Part shown: positions 11,420 through 23,108 of the stretch, in pieces
Numbering within the stretch: position 1 is the first letter of the stretch
How the letters are laid out: each line of letters starts with the position of its first letter
Assembly: GCF_018350175.1 (NCBI RefSeq)
Contig: NC_058383.1
Coordinates: forward strand, 24,492,001-24,556,000
Source of the DNA: Felis catus
Taxonomy: Eukaryota
Direction of reading: 5' to 3'
DNA length: 64,000 nucleotides
Program-made: the position numbers and the translations under genes
Notes under the pieces: generated by a model
Told to the model about the DNA's origin: nothing
Databases searched by the model: none
Seen by the model: the letters and a program-made list of their open reading frames with translations, nothing else

Positions 11420-11580
11420 TCCCAGATGTATATCAGAATATCCTAGAGAGCATCTTGAAAACAGAGACTTGGCCTCACTCCCAAAGGTTCTGATCCAGAA
11501 GACTTGATTGGGGTCCCGGAATCTGTATTTTTAACTAAGAATTGAGTGATTCTGCTGCAGCAGGTGAGCTTTTGAGATCG
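11420..11580. mobile_element. MER5A-like DNA transposon
   Basis: tcagaatatcctagagagcatc..ggttctgatcc..ggggtcccggaatctgtatttttaac..gtgattctgctgcagcagg. Confidence 0.65.
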
Positions 11581-11730
11581 GCCTCCAAGAAGAACATGCA
11601 AACATGATGTGTAGTCAGAAATTATCCATCTGAAAGTAATAGTGTTACTCCATCTAGATGTCAGAATCTTGGTGTTCAAAGCCAAGATCCATTAGGTTGC
11701 CATACCCTAAAGTGCCCAGAGGAGCATTTT

Positions 11731-11935
11731 CATGTTTATTTGTTTTTTGAGAGAGAGAGAGAGAGACAGAGCATGAACAAGGAAGGGGTAGAGAGAGAGA
11801 AAGAGAAAGAGAGAGACACAACCCAAAGCAGGCTCTAGGCTCTGAGCTGTCAGCACAGAGCCAGACGCAGGCCTTGAACTCACAAGTGGTGAGATCATGA
11901 TCTGAGCTTAACTGACTGAGCTACCCAGGCACCCC
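11731..11935 (-). mobile_element. Can-SINE with TSD ccagaggagcatttt
   Basis: Direct repeat at 11716-11730 and 11939-11953 flanks the SINE body. Confidence 0.92.
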
Positions 11936-13388
11936 AAACCAGAGGAGCATTTTAAATTGAAACTTTATGAAATGAAGGTGGTTCTTACAAAAATCAATCT
12001 CTTTTTCCTTCAAGATGCCACAGAGCATTCTTAGGTATGGTCATGTTCTGTTCTGGAATTGATTTCTAGATCTGGTGATCCTGTGTGTGTTCCATGTATC
12101 CCTGTCCCATGCACTGAGATGTTTTCTGCTCTCCGTATTTCTGGCTCTGTGTGTCTTAGTCTGTGCCTATGAACAAGCTCAAATTTTTAACTTGTTCTCC
12201 AAAGGTTCTGCTTCTATTATATGCTGTAAAATTCTTAATATTGGCTTGCTTCTTGCAAAATGTTTCAGTTTCTTTATTTTCCCAAGAATGGCTTATGTCT
12301 TTGTATGATGATTCAGCTGCCTCTGTGTCTGCCCCTTGGATGAACATCTCTCAGTATGAAGGAGCATAAATATAATTTAGCTCAAACCCAAAAGGGAATC
12401 TCTGGGCTCAAGTAACCGAGAGGTCCAAATGAGATCCAGGAGTCCAGCCGATGTCACTGGGAGTCTATCTTTTGCCTTCTGGGAGTCTTGCTTCTATGTT
12501 GGCTGTATTCTAATGAAAGCTTTGTTTCCACATAAGGCAAAGATGTTTATTGAGAGTGCCTCTTTCTCAATAGGTCTAGTGAAACTGTCAGGAAAGACTG
12601 ATGAGCCCAGCTTAGGTCACATGCCTGTCCCTGAGCCAAGCACTGTGTCTAGGAGGGTGGAGAACCCTGATTAGCCTGACCTATGTCACATGTGCTTCCT
12701 GGAGCCAGGGACTGGGTGGGATCAGGTGACTGTATAGCACGGACTGAAATTGGAGAAGAGCTGATTTTGTCCACTAGGGCTGTGCCCTACTAATTTTGGT
12801 AGGGAGAATAACTTCCCAATTGGTGTCAGAGATGACATCAGGTTTACCCCAGCCATGAGCAGAAGCAAGACACCTCCTGAATAATGTTAACGTCCTACTT
12901 GACTGTAAAAGTTCAAGGTTTTTTGGTTTAACTACTCATTTCCATTTTTGTTGTAACTTACTCAAGATGTCTGAAATTTGTGGTGTTTGCTTGTTGCTCT
13001 TTTAATGAAGATTTTTATTTGAAACATATTTAAAATTAGGCCAAGGGAAAGATTTCCAGTGACCATAAAACTTTCTTGCTTGCAAAGACAAAAAAACAAA
13101 AAACAAAAACAGGCAGCCAGAACTTATCAATCATTATATGCTGTACATCTGGGATCCTGATGGAAATCATGAATGACTTCATAGCGCTGAAAGTACCACT
13201 GCCAGAATCGACCTCAGATGGTGTGGTACCCAGTTTGGATGACCAGGTTCCTTTCAGGCTGATGCTGGAGTTCTATTCTTTTGTTCACCTGATTAGTGCA
13301 AATCTGATACTAATTTCAGTACCGAAAAATCATCTTGGAGATAATTGATCAATTCTTAGGTCCTTGAAACTGAGGTCAAGAACAGAGA

Positions 13389-13615
13389 GGGGCGCCTGGG
13401 TGGCTCAGTTGGTTAAACGTCTGACTTTGGCTTGGGTCATGATCTTGTGGTTTGTGGGTTCAATCCCCACCTCAGGCTCTGGGCTGACCGCTCAGAGCCT
13501 GGAGCCTGTTTCCTATTCTGTGTCTCTCGCTCTCTGTTTCTGCTCCTCCCCGGGAGCAAATCCCCAGACTTGCATGCTGTCTCTCTCAAAAATAAATAAA
13601 CATTGAAAAAAAAAA
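13389..13615 (+). mobile_element. Can-SINE
   Basis: ggggcgcctgggtggctcagttggttaa head, A tail. Confidence 0.9.
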
Positions 13616-13966
13616 GAGAGATAGACACGGTTATTTAACTCAACAAACTGAGTTCTCTAAAAACAGCAAAGTCTGCAGGTCTCAAACTCCTCCCGTTTAA
13701 GTTGGAGCCCAAGCATCCCTATTTTTAATAAAGTTCTATTGGTGAGTGTGATGTGCCACAATTTTTTACAATAACTAGATTACGCCATTAGACCAGTGGG
13801 CCTGTTGTATGTTTTTTAAAGATCTCAGGCTTGGTGTGCATCTTTATTTATGGGTTTGCATGTTTTTGTTGAATTTTAAGATCAACACCTTCCTAAAGTA
13901 ATTTGCCATGTTGTCAGTACTCGCTGTTTCCAATGTGTTGGGATGCAGAGTCATGTGTATTTAAAA

Positions 13967-13990
13967 TTTTTTTTAATGTTTATATATTTT

Positions 13991-14045
<55 letters not shown>

Positions 14046-14213
14046 GCGTGATCAGGGTAGGGGCAAAGAGAAAGGGAGACACAGAATCTGAAGCGGGCTC
14101 CAGGCTCTGAGCTGTGAGCACAGAGCCTGATGCAGGGCTTGAACTCACAAAATGGGAGATCATGACCTGAACCAAAGTCGAACACGTAACCAACTGAGCC
14201 ACCCAAATGCCCC
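13967..14213 (-). mobile_element. Can-SINE with long (GA)n and 21-bp TSD
   Basis: TSD cagagtcatgtgtatttaaaa on both sides. Confidence 0.93.
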
Positions 14214-14390
14214 CAGAGTCATGTGTATTTAAAAGCACCTGTGTGTGGCCAGGATGCATTACTTATATTCTCTGGGCTTTAGTTTCTTCATGTCAAACAT
14301 GGTTATCAAAAACTCTCATAAAGAAAAAAAAAACCTCTCATAAGGTTGTACAGTGCCTAGCATGTAACAATTTGGAATAGTTATAGTGGT

Positions 14391-14613
14391 GGGGCGCCTG
14401 GGTGGCTCAGTCAGTTAAGCATCCGACTTCAGCTCAGGTCACGATCTCGCGGTCCGTGAGTTCGAGCCCCGCGTCGGGCTCTGGGCTGATGGCTCAGAGC
14501 CTGGAGCCAGCTTCTGATTCTGTGTCTCCCTCTCTCTCTGCCCCTCCCCCGTTCATGCTCTGTCTCTCTCTGTCTCAAAAATAAATAAACGTTAAAAAAA
14601 ATTAAAAAAAAAA
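14391..14613 (+). mobile_element. Young felid SINEC_Fc-type element
   Basis: CpG-rich intact body (gagttcgagccccgcgtcgggctctgggctgatggctcagagcc), TSD ttatagtggt. Confidence 0.93.
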
Positions 14614-15621
14614 TTATAGTGGTATTGTTATTTTATGAGGTTGAGTCATCAGTGAGCAGTTGGTTAGGGTGTGAGGGTGGCTGACATCCTATTCATATAC
14701 TCCCTATCTGCTACCCCCTGCCAGTTCCCCTGCATGACATAATTTGCTGATTCAAGTAAATCAAATGAATCCAGTAATGTCTCGTCTTACACAGTTTAGT
14801 CCAAGGTCATTGCCTTAGGTGAAAAATCATGGAGAGCCAAAATTGCCCTTGAAAGCCCCTTAGACCATCTTTAAAATGCTATACAGCAACATGTCTCAGT
14901 AAGTACAACCCACAGTTTTCCTTTAGTTTTGGAACAAATTGTACCTTCTCTGTCACAGCCCCAGATAAGTAGTTGTCGTGCACATAGAGGCTGGGTCCTA
15001 GGACAGAAACATACACAGAATTGTTCAATACTGCTGTCACTTTCAGCTCTGCTCAGAAGAGGTACTTGGGAACTGAGAGTGGCCATGGGAGCCGCAGGTT
15101 CACCCCTACCTGAGGCTCACCCCTAAGTGCACCCTCACTGAATGGAATGGTGGACTCAGACACCCATACTATTTAAGTGACTCTTTTTATTTTTCAAAGC
15201 AGGCAGAACAGAGAGTTGCTCATGTGTGTGTTAAACACACAGAGTGCAATGCCACCACATAAGCAAATTTCTATTTGGAATTGTGTTTTTGTGAAGTGCA
15301 AGGGTCTATTTTTTGTTTAAAGTTAACCCCTTTAATCACAACCCAGGATAGGGTAACTTCCCTCAGAATTTGGGGTCTTCCCAGGGGGAAAATATTACCC
15401 TAAATTTGCTCATTTAGGGGTAGCCAAGGAGAAGATGCTGGAGGAGAGACATCACTGATTTAAAAATGAAACCTACACTATGGATGGGGGTGAGAAGGTG
15501 TTTAGTGGGCATAACTCTGTCCCTAAAACTTATCTTAGGGATCTTTTTACTCCTTGCCAACCTAGAGGCTTGGAAATCTTTCCCGATTCCTGAAGAGCGG
15601 CTTTGTTCCCATTTCCCGCAG

Positions 15622-15726
15622 ATCCCTGAAAGTGACTCAATACATCACATGAGCCACTCCCAGATGCGGCCAGAGCTGCCCCCTCTGCCTGCTTCTGCTA
15701 ATGAGGAACCATCTGCGCTCTACCAG
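15622..15726 (+). CDS. DNAH3: DNAH3 coding exon 2
   Basis: cag|IPESDSIHHMSHSQMRPELPPLPASANEEPSALYQ|gtatgt; phase 0-0. Confidence 0.95.
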
Positions 15727-16260
15727 GTATGTTCACTGGGCTGCTGCTATTCTACTGATATTAGTGGGAGACAAACAGCTAGGCTTGACGAGTGGGATCA
15801 ATGGCTTTGGTCACTTCTGCCACCAGAAAAGGCTATGGTAGTGTGGGGAGAAAGAGCTATCTAGTAGTACAAAGGTGAGTTAGGATCCAGCCTTCTCACT
15901 TCCCTGCTGTATTATTGAGACTTTCTGAACTTCTGCATCTTCGGTTGTGAAAAATATAAGGATGATTATTTCTACTTTACAGCCATGTCCATAAAGAATA
16001 AAGACAATAGAAGTAAATCGCCTGATGCACAAACATACTGCTTATTGAAAGCCAGCTTTTGTCCTTGACATCAGAAATCATGCTCATGGTGGTTGGAGAA
16101 GTGCAATTGGTGAACATCCAGGAAGCATATGGCTGAGTTTGCAGGAAGTAGAAACAGCGTAGGGCATGCAGGACTCTCTTGAGTCTCCATGTGAGTGGAA
16201 CTTAAGCTCCTCCAAGAGATGTCCTTCACCTCGTCATACTCTGCATTTCTTTCCTTGTAG

Positions 16261-16483
16261 ACCATCATGTCGCACAGCTTTTATCCCCCCTTGATGCAAC
16301 GTACATCGTGGACCCTGGCTGCACCCTTCAAAGAGCAGCACCACTACCGTGGACCCAGCGACTCCATTGCCAACAACTACTCCTTGATGGCCCAGGACCT
16401 GAAGCTGAAGGACCTGCTGAAGGTTTACCAGCCAGTCACTATCAATGTCCCCAGGGAAAGGACCAGAAAGGGGCTGCCATTAG
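16261..16483 (+). CDS. DNAH3: DNAH3 coding exon 3
   Basis: tag|TIMSHSFYPPLMQRTSWTLAAPFKEQ..RKGLPL|gtaatt; phase 0-1. Confidence 0.95.
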
Positions 16484-16729
16484 GTAATTGTAGCAGTGTG
16501 CCATACCAGATCCAAATGGGGCTTTGCAGTGAGATTTTTAGTCGTGGGTGCTAGTTCTGGCTCCATTGCTTGCTGAAGCTAACCTTGGATAACCTCATAG
16601 GGTCTCAGTCTTTTCATCTATGAAATGGGAATGATTGTAATATCTAGCATTACATTTACTGTATGCCGTGTCCCTTACATTTACCACACGCCGAACACTT
16701 TTCTGCGTACTTGTGTTATTGAATCCTGA

Positions 16730-17250
16730 ATAACAAATTATTCCCAAAACTTAATGGTTTAAAACAACCACCACTTATTATCTCATAGTTTCTATGGATC
16801 AAGAATCTGAGCATGGCTTAACCGAATAGTTCTGCCTCAGAGTCTCTCACAAACATGCAATCAAGGTGTCAGCTAGCCCCACAGTCCTCTAAGGGCACTT
16901 AGAGAAGGATCCTCTCCCAAGCTCATTCATTTCCTCAGGTTTTTGCTGGCTGTTGGTCATAGACATCAGTTTCCTGCCACATGGGTCTTTCCATAGGGCA
17001 GTTCACATTATGGCTTCTGGCTTCCCTCATAGGGAACAGGGGAGAGAGCAAGAGACAGAAGAGAGCCAAAAAAACAGAAACCACACTCTTTTTGGAATTT
17101 AATTTTGGAAGTGACAGCCTATCACTTTTGCTGTATTCTGTTTGTTAGAAGTGAGTCACCAGGTCTAGCCTGCACGCACAGGGATTGCACAAGGCCATGA
17201 TGCCAGGAGGTGGGGATCATTGGGGGCCATCTTGGAAGCTGTTTACCACA
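16730..17250. mobile_element. MLT1-type (ERVL-MaLR) LTR relic
   Basis: taacaaattattcccaaaacttaatggtttaaaacaac..ttattatctcatagtttct..gatcattgggggccatcttggaagctg. Confidence 0.7.
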
Positions 17251-17530
17251 GTACTTTATATGTATTAATTTATTTAATCCTGCTGGGCACACACAAGTCT
17301 GCTTATCCTTCAGTAATTTTTGTTACATGTGTGTTGGAGCCTCTCAGTCTGCCCTCTGTCTCAAACTCATTTTCATATTTTTCATTTTTCTCTCTGTGCT
17401 GGGTCTGGGTAAGTTCCTCAGATGTATCTTCTGATTCACTAATTTGCTCAACTGTGTTGAGCCTTGAGTTTATCATGTCTAATGAACTTTTTTTACTTTC
17501 ATGACAAAATCTTTTCATTTTCAGATTTTC

Positions 17531-17977
17531 TTTTTTTTTTAATTAAAAAAGTTTTTTTAGGGGCGCCTGGGTGGCTCAGTCGGTTAAGCGTCCGACTTCA
17601 GCTCAGGTCACAATCTCGCTGTCCGCGAGTTCGAGCCCCGCGTCGGGCTCTGGGCTGATGGCTCAGAGCCTGGAGCCTGCTTCCGATTCTGTGTCTCCCT
17701 CTCTCTCTGCCCCTCCCCCGTTCACGCTGTGTCTCTCTCTGTCTCAAAAATAAATGAACGTTAAAAAAAAAAGTTTTTTTAAGTTCATTTATGTTAGAGA
17801 GTGTGGGTGCAAGCACAGGAAGGGCAGAGACAGAGAAAGAAAGAGAATCGCAAGCAGGCTTTGTATGCTGTCAATGTGGAGCCCTGCTCGGGGCTTGATC
17901 CTATGAACCATGAGACAATGACCTGAGCTGAAATCAAGAGTCAGATGCTTAATCAACTGAACCACACAAGTGCCCCT
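17531..17977 (-). mobile_element. Older Can-SINE whose tail is interrupted by a nested younger SINE
   Basis: TSD tcattttcagattttct at ~17515-17531 and ~17978-17994 encloses both elements. Confidence 0.88.
17560..17772 (+). mobile_element. Young SINEC_Fc-type element nested in the tail of an opposite-strand SINE
   Basis: Intact CpG-rich body; TSD aaaaaagttttttta. Confidence 0.93.
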
Positions 17978-18832
17978 CATTTTCAGATTTTCTAATTGAT
18001 TCTACCTGCCAATTTGTCATTTTACTCTTATAGGCTTAGCTCTTTCAATATTCCTGGGAAGATCTTAAACATTTATTTTGGAGCAATGTTTGATTGCTGT
18101 ATTATTTTTACTTTGCAGAATTATCCCTTGCTTGTTGAGTCAATTAACTGTCTTTCTTACTATTGGTTTTTCTCATATGGTCTGGTCTGGGATTTTAATT
18201 TGCAGGCTTCTGTTGAGAGTTTTTTCCCTTCTTGTGACTTGCTTCCCCCCCCCACCATTGTTTTTATTGAGGTATGATTTACATACAATAAGATGCATAG
18301 GTCTCAAGTGTTCAGTTCAGTGAGCATTGACCATTGTTTATACCATGTAGCCACCACCCAAACAGGATATAGGGCATTTCCATCCCTAGAGAAAGCTCTG
18401 TTGTGCTTATTTCCAGTGAGTTCTCTTCCCTACCCAAAACCATCCCACTCTAGGGTAGTTGCTTTCTGATTTATGTCACCATAGATTAATTTTGATTGTT
18501 TTCACTTAGAAATGTAATCAGTGTACCTTTTTGACACATACTTCTTAATCTAACGTTTTTATTCTTATGCCTTCATCTGGCCTCTTAGGACCCCAAATTA
18601 GTACCAGACCTTATATTGGTGGCTTGGGACTCCCATGCTAGGTGATATTTGGAGATCTTGTAGATGTGGTCACTGAGGCTGCGTGAAACTTGGCCTCCTT
18701 ATTATTGGGCTGTCTCTGTTATCTCTGGCCAACATAAGAATTGAGGATCCCTGTGCTTTATCTGCATGACAGTGCTGTCTTCATGGATAGGACAGCCTTG
18801 CTTCAGTCCTGGCTTTGTGCTGTGAACCTAGA

Positions 18833-19037
18833 TCATTTATTTATTTTGAGAGAGAGAGCATGAGCAGGATGAGGAGCAGAGAGAGATGGAGAGAGAGGAC
18901 CCCAAGCAGGCTCTGTGCTGCCAGCTCGGAGCCTGACGTGGGTCATGAGGTGGGGCTTGATCTCATGAACTGTGAGATCGTGACCTGAGCCAAAATCAAG
19001 AGTCAGACACTTAACCAACTGAACCACCCAGGAGCCT
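18833..19037 (-). mobile_element. Can-SINE
   Basis: tttatttattttgagagag..tgacctgagccaaaatcaagagtcagacacttaacc. Confidence 0.88.
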
Positions 19038-19598
19038 CTCAAAATGTCAATTTAATATTATGTCTTCGACACTTCTCTGTTACTTGTTAATTCCTTTAGG
19101 CTGGAGACTTAAGTAACAGTATCTAGTTAAAGCTTTATAATCTAGTTTTATATCAACTATTGAATTCATTTGTAGTTACCTTGTATTGTGCATGATACTG
19201 GTTTTTCTATTTGTGATAATCATATGTTTCCTTTAAAATAAATATGCCAAGTGTCAAAGTCTTCACCTACTTAGAAATATTAAACAGTAATTTCCAACGT
19301 TTAGAAAATAGGGCATACAGGATTAGGGAGTGAATCGAGTAGGACTGATATTAATACTTGACAATTGTATGGGTGAATAGAAGGTATGTGCATTCCCATT
19401 TCACAGTTGGGGAAACTGAGGCCTGGAGTGATGAAGTCACTGCCTCAGAGTCACACAGGTGATTAGTGGTGCATGTAGAACCAGGCGGCCCATCTCCTGC
19501 CTTATCCCCATTGCACCGAGTCTACTCCCCTTAGTATGCTCTGGGACTGTCCTGTGGACAGAGGATGACCCTAATGTGTTTCTTCTCCACTCTTCTAG

Positions 19599-19671
19599 CA
19601 ACTAACTGCTCATCAGAACCCAACAAGAAGAAAAGAAAGTTCTCCTCTAGAGACAAAGAGAATCCCACCAG
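19599..19671 (+). CDS. DNAH3: DNAH3 coding exon 4
   Basis: tag|(A)TNCSSEPNKKKRKFSSRDKENPT(R)|gtaagt; phase 1-2 fits both neighbours. Confidence 0.9.
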
Positions 19672-19822
19672 GTAAGTATCCCTGTGGGTGCAGGAGATTG
19701 TAGGACACCTGGCTGAACTGAAGAAGGCTGTGGTCTCATTAACCATGCTCTGCTTCTTGACTTCAAAGCATTCCCAGACTCCAAGTAACTCATGTGTTTT
19801 TCCACCAGTGCTCTTAACTCAA

Positions 19823-20495
19823 TTTTTTAAAATGTTTATTTACTTTTGAGAGAGAGAGACAGAGAGAGAGACAGAACACAAGCAGGAGAGGGGCAGAGAC
19901 AGAGACACAGAATCCGAAGCAGGCTCCAGGCTCTGAACTGTCAACACAGCCTAATGTGGGTCTCGAACTCATGAACCATGAGATCATGATCAAAGCTGAA
20001 GTCGGTTACTCAACCCACTGAGCCACCCACGCGCTCTCTTTTAACCCAGTTTTTTAAGGCTCTAAATAAAACTAAAGTAACCAACTGAGCAGAGGCACCT
20101 GAGTGGCTCATTGGTTGCCAACTCTTGTTTTCAGCTCAGGTCATGATCCCAGGATCCTGGAATTGAGCCCTGCATCAGGCTCTGTGCTGAGCATGGAGCC
20201 TGCTGAAGATTCTCTCACTCTCTCCCTCTACCCATCTCCCGAACTCTCTCTCTCTCTCTCTCTCTAAAATAAAAAAAGGAGGGGTGCCTGGGTGGCTCAG
20301 TCGGTTGAGCATCTGACTTTGGCCCAGGTCATGATCTTGCGCTTCATGGGTTTGAGCTCTGGCATCAAGCTCTGTGCTGGAGCCTTGGAGCTTGCTTCAG
20401 ATTCTGTCTCTCACTCTCTCTCTGCCCGCCCGCCACCCCACCACTTGCACTTTGTCTCTCTCTTTGTCTCAAAAAGGAATAAACATTAAAAAAAA
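19823..20495. mobile_element. Cluster of three Can-SINEs (19823-20034 minus; 20092-20277 plus; 20281-20495 plus)
   Basis: Three head/CT-tract/A-tail units. Confidence 0.88.
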
Positions 20496-20728
20496 TTTTA
20501 AGTAAAAAATGAAAATAAAAAAAAATAAATTTACCACCTGAGCAAAACCAATGCTAGCATACCTATGGATGTTCCATGGTTAGAGGCTGTCACTGCAGTG
20601 CACATCCATACTGTTAGATGACACAGAGGAGAGGGGTTTCCATTGCAGAACGACACTCAGCAGCTTGGAGACAGTAGGCCTGACACAGAGCACCTCTGCA
20701 GAGAACCAAAGATGTGTCTACTTTTCAG

Positions 20729-20903
20729 GACCAAGCTGGCCCACAATATCTCAGCCTTATCATCCATAAAGAAGGAGGCAGTGACATCTTTGACCCTGCC
20801 AGGAAGCAGACCAATGAGTCCAGAAGAACAGATTGGTGTGATGTTACAGCAGGAGATGGAAATAGAAGGTAAAGAAACCCAACCATCTGAATCAGACTTA
20901 GAG
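20729..20903 (+). CDS. DNAH3: DNAH3 coding exon 5
   Basis: cag|TKLAHNISALSSIKKEAVTSLTLPGSRPMSPEEQIGVMLQQEMEIEGKETQPSESDLE|gtatgt; phase 2-0. Confidence 0.93.
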
Positions 20904-21059
20904 GTATGTTCTTGTTGCTTCCTTTCTCTCAGTTTGCTAAGAATTATTCTTGACAGCTCAGGGATTCTAAACTCAGGGAGAATAGCAGAACCACCCAGGG
21001 AATGTTTTAAAAATATCAAAGTCCAGACCCCATGACAGACTACTGAATAAGGGTATGTG

Positions 21060-21063
21060 TGTA

Positions 21064-21097
<34 letters not shown>
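21060..21097. repeat. (TG)n microsatellite
   Basis: Run of gt dinucleotides. Confidence 0.9.
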
Positions 21098-21100
<3 letters not shown>

Positions 21101-21150
21101 TGTTTTAGTAGGTCTTAGAAACCTTTGAGTCCTTATAGAACATAGGTTGT

Positions 21151-21358
21151 GGGACACCTAGGTTGCTCAGTCAGTTAAGCATTTGACTCTTGATTTAGTT
21201 CAGGTCATGATCTCATGAACCATGAGATCAGGCCCCACGTTGGGGTCTCCACTGACAGCAGGGAGCCTGCTTAGGATTCTTTCCCTCCCTCCGTTTCTGC
21301 CCCCCATGCTCTCTCTCTGTCTCTCAAAATAAATAAATAAACTTAAAAAAAAAAAAAC
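21151..21358 (+). mobile_element. Can-SINE
   Basis: Head, CT tract, A tail. Confidence 0.85.
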
Positions 21359-21760
21359 AACCAATGGTTGCAAAATGGTGACCCATAAGCTAGGGTTGCA
21401 AAATTTTGAAAAATGAAACAAAAAACAGGACACCCAGTTAAATTGGAATTTCAGATATACAATAAATAATTTTAAAAATTATACTAAAATACTAAAAGTA
21501 TAAGTATATCCCAATGCATCCTGTATTTGGAAGTTTCTTCTCTATAAGCAGCTTCCATTAAGGTTGGAGGAAGGTGAGCTCAGCCTCTTCTGACTACAGA
21601 CAGTTGTCACAAAAGCTCAAAACTGATTTCCTACACTTTGTGCTTCTCACCCATCTTAAAGTATTTGTTTCTAGAGCTATTCAGCCATCTGGCAGCTTAG
21701 AGCCCTAAACGAACAAAACTTCCTGAAATCAACCAGATCACATTGGCCATTTAAAAAAAA

Positions 21761-21969
21761 ATTTTTTTAATGTTTATTTATTTTTGAGAGAGACAGAGAC
21801 AGAATGCGAGTGGGCTAGGGGCAGAGAGAGAGGGAGACACAGAATCCGAAGCAGGCTCCAGGCTCCAATCTGTCAGCACAGAGCCCCACGTGGGGCTCAA
21901 ACTCACGAGCTGTGAGATCATGACCTGAGCCAAAGTTGTACGCTCAACTGACTGAGCCACCCAGGCGCC
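21761..21969 (-). mobile_element. Can-SINE
   Basis: Ends gagccacccaggcgcc; TSD-like cacattggc on both sides. Confidence 0.9.
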
Positions 21970-22505
21970 ACCACATTGGCTATTTTTGTTTGTGTGTTTG
22001 TATTGCTTTCCTAAACTCAGAAGCCCATGGTTTGATCAGAACTATTGTAAGTTTCACTTGGACTTGGGGAATTTCCCCTTACTGGCCGCTACAAGCCACA
22101 GGATCAAAGTCCTTTGTAGACCACCATTGTTGTTGAGGACGGTGAATTATCTGGTCCATTTGAGGAGCTCATTAATTATGTTCTTAAAGTTCACTGATGG
22201 GCTGCCTCTGTCCTGGCCTCAGTAGTCGTTCCACTGTTCCTCTCTGCATGGCTTTTGACAAGTCCTTCCTTATAACCCACTGAAATTTCTGGCTCTGGGT
22301 CAGTCCTCCAGAGTCATGGAAAAATTTGCCCACCATCACACTGCAGAGAGTGTGTGGTGATGGTCCCAGAAAACCCGATTGTAGCAAGTGAAGGGTGGAG
22401 ATGGGTGCTGTGTGAACAGGGCCCCTTGGAGGCTGATGGGTGTGGGCAGGTGGGCACAGTTAACCAATCACTATCATTGTATTGCTGGTGGTTTGTTTAT
22501 GGAAG

Positions 22506-22695
22506 AGATACTATTACTATTTGACCAATGGCATCCGAAAAGATATGATTGCCCCTGAGGAGGATGAAGTGATGTTTCGGATTTCAAAGCTGATTTCTAA
22601 CACACTGCTGACAAGTCCCTTCCTGGCACCCCTGATGATCATCCTGGTGAAGGAGAAGGAAAATGACTACTATAGTAGCATCATGAAAAGCATTG
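22506..22695 (+). CDS. DNAH3: DNAH3 coding exon 6
   Basis: aag|RYYYYLTNGIRKDMIAPEEDEVMFRISKLISNTLLTSPFL..YYSSIMKSI|gtaagg; phase 0-1. Confidence 0.95.
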
Positions 22696-22881
22696 GTAAG
22701 GTTGGGTATAAGTGGTTCAAGGGGCTCCCATGTGGAGGGCACTGTCTTTATCAGTCCACCTTCTGGTTCCTCCTTTTCATTCAGATGCTCTCCCCCCATC
22801 ACTAAGGTCTACACTAGCACTTCCTGTACTTTGATGGGCACCCACATAACCTGGGAATCTTATAAAAAATGCAGATTCCGG

Positions 22882-23061
22882 GGGGCGCCTGAGTGGCTCA
22901 GTTGGTTAAGCATCCAATTTCAGCTCAGGTCATGATCTCACAGTTTGTGAGTTCAAGCCCTACATCAGGCTCTATGCTGACAGCTCATAGCCTGGAGCCT
23001 ACTTTGGATTCTGTGTCTCCAGCTCTCTCTGCCCCTCCCCCGCTTGCACTTGCTCGTGCGC

Positions 23062-23106
<45 letters not shown>

Positions 23107-23108
23107 AA
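22882..23108 (+). mobile_element. Can-SINE inserted in a MER5A-like element
   Basis: TSD gcagattccg; the flanks join into MER5A-like aaatgcagattc..gtagatctggggtagggcccgagagtctgcatttctaacaag. Confidence 0.88.

Noticed and set aside
13110..13350. Unique-looking intronic stretch with a 90-aa ORF and box C/D-like words
   Set aside because: No recognisable protein, no proper RUGAUGA plus terminal stem and no usable splice phase; an Rfam or conservation search would be needed
14391..14470. tRNA-like A/B boxes (tggctcagtcagttaag..gagttcgagccc)
   Set aside because: These are SINE heads followed by a SINE body and poly(A), not tRNA genes
14402..14584. Recurrent ORFs of type MAQSVK..SAQV.ISR..SSSPASGS..AQSLEPASDSVSPSLS (many copies)
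   Set aside because: Translations of Can-SINE bodies, not a gene family
15085..15126. gccATGggagccgcaggt (MGAAG..) resembling the recalled human start MGATG
   Set aside because: Stops after 13 codons, has no convincing in-phase donor, and the better match to human exon 1 is at 4851-4995
20657..21157. 166-aa minus-strand ORF
   Set aside because: Antisense of exon 5 plus the (CA)n microsatellite (THTHTH); not coding
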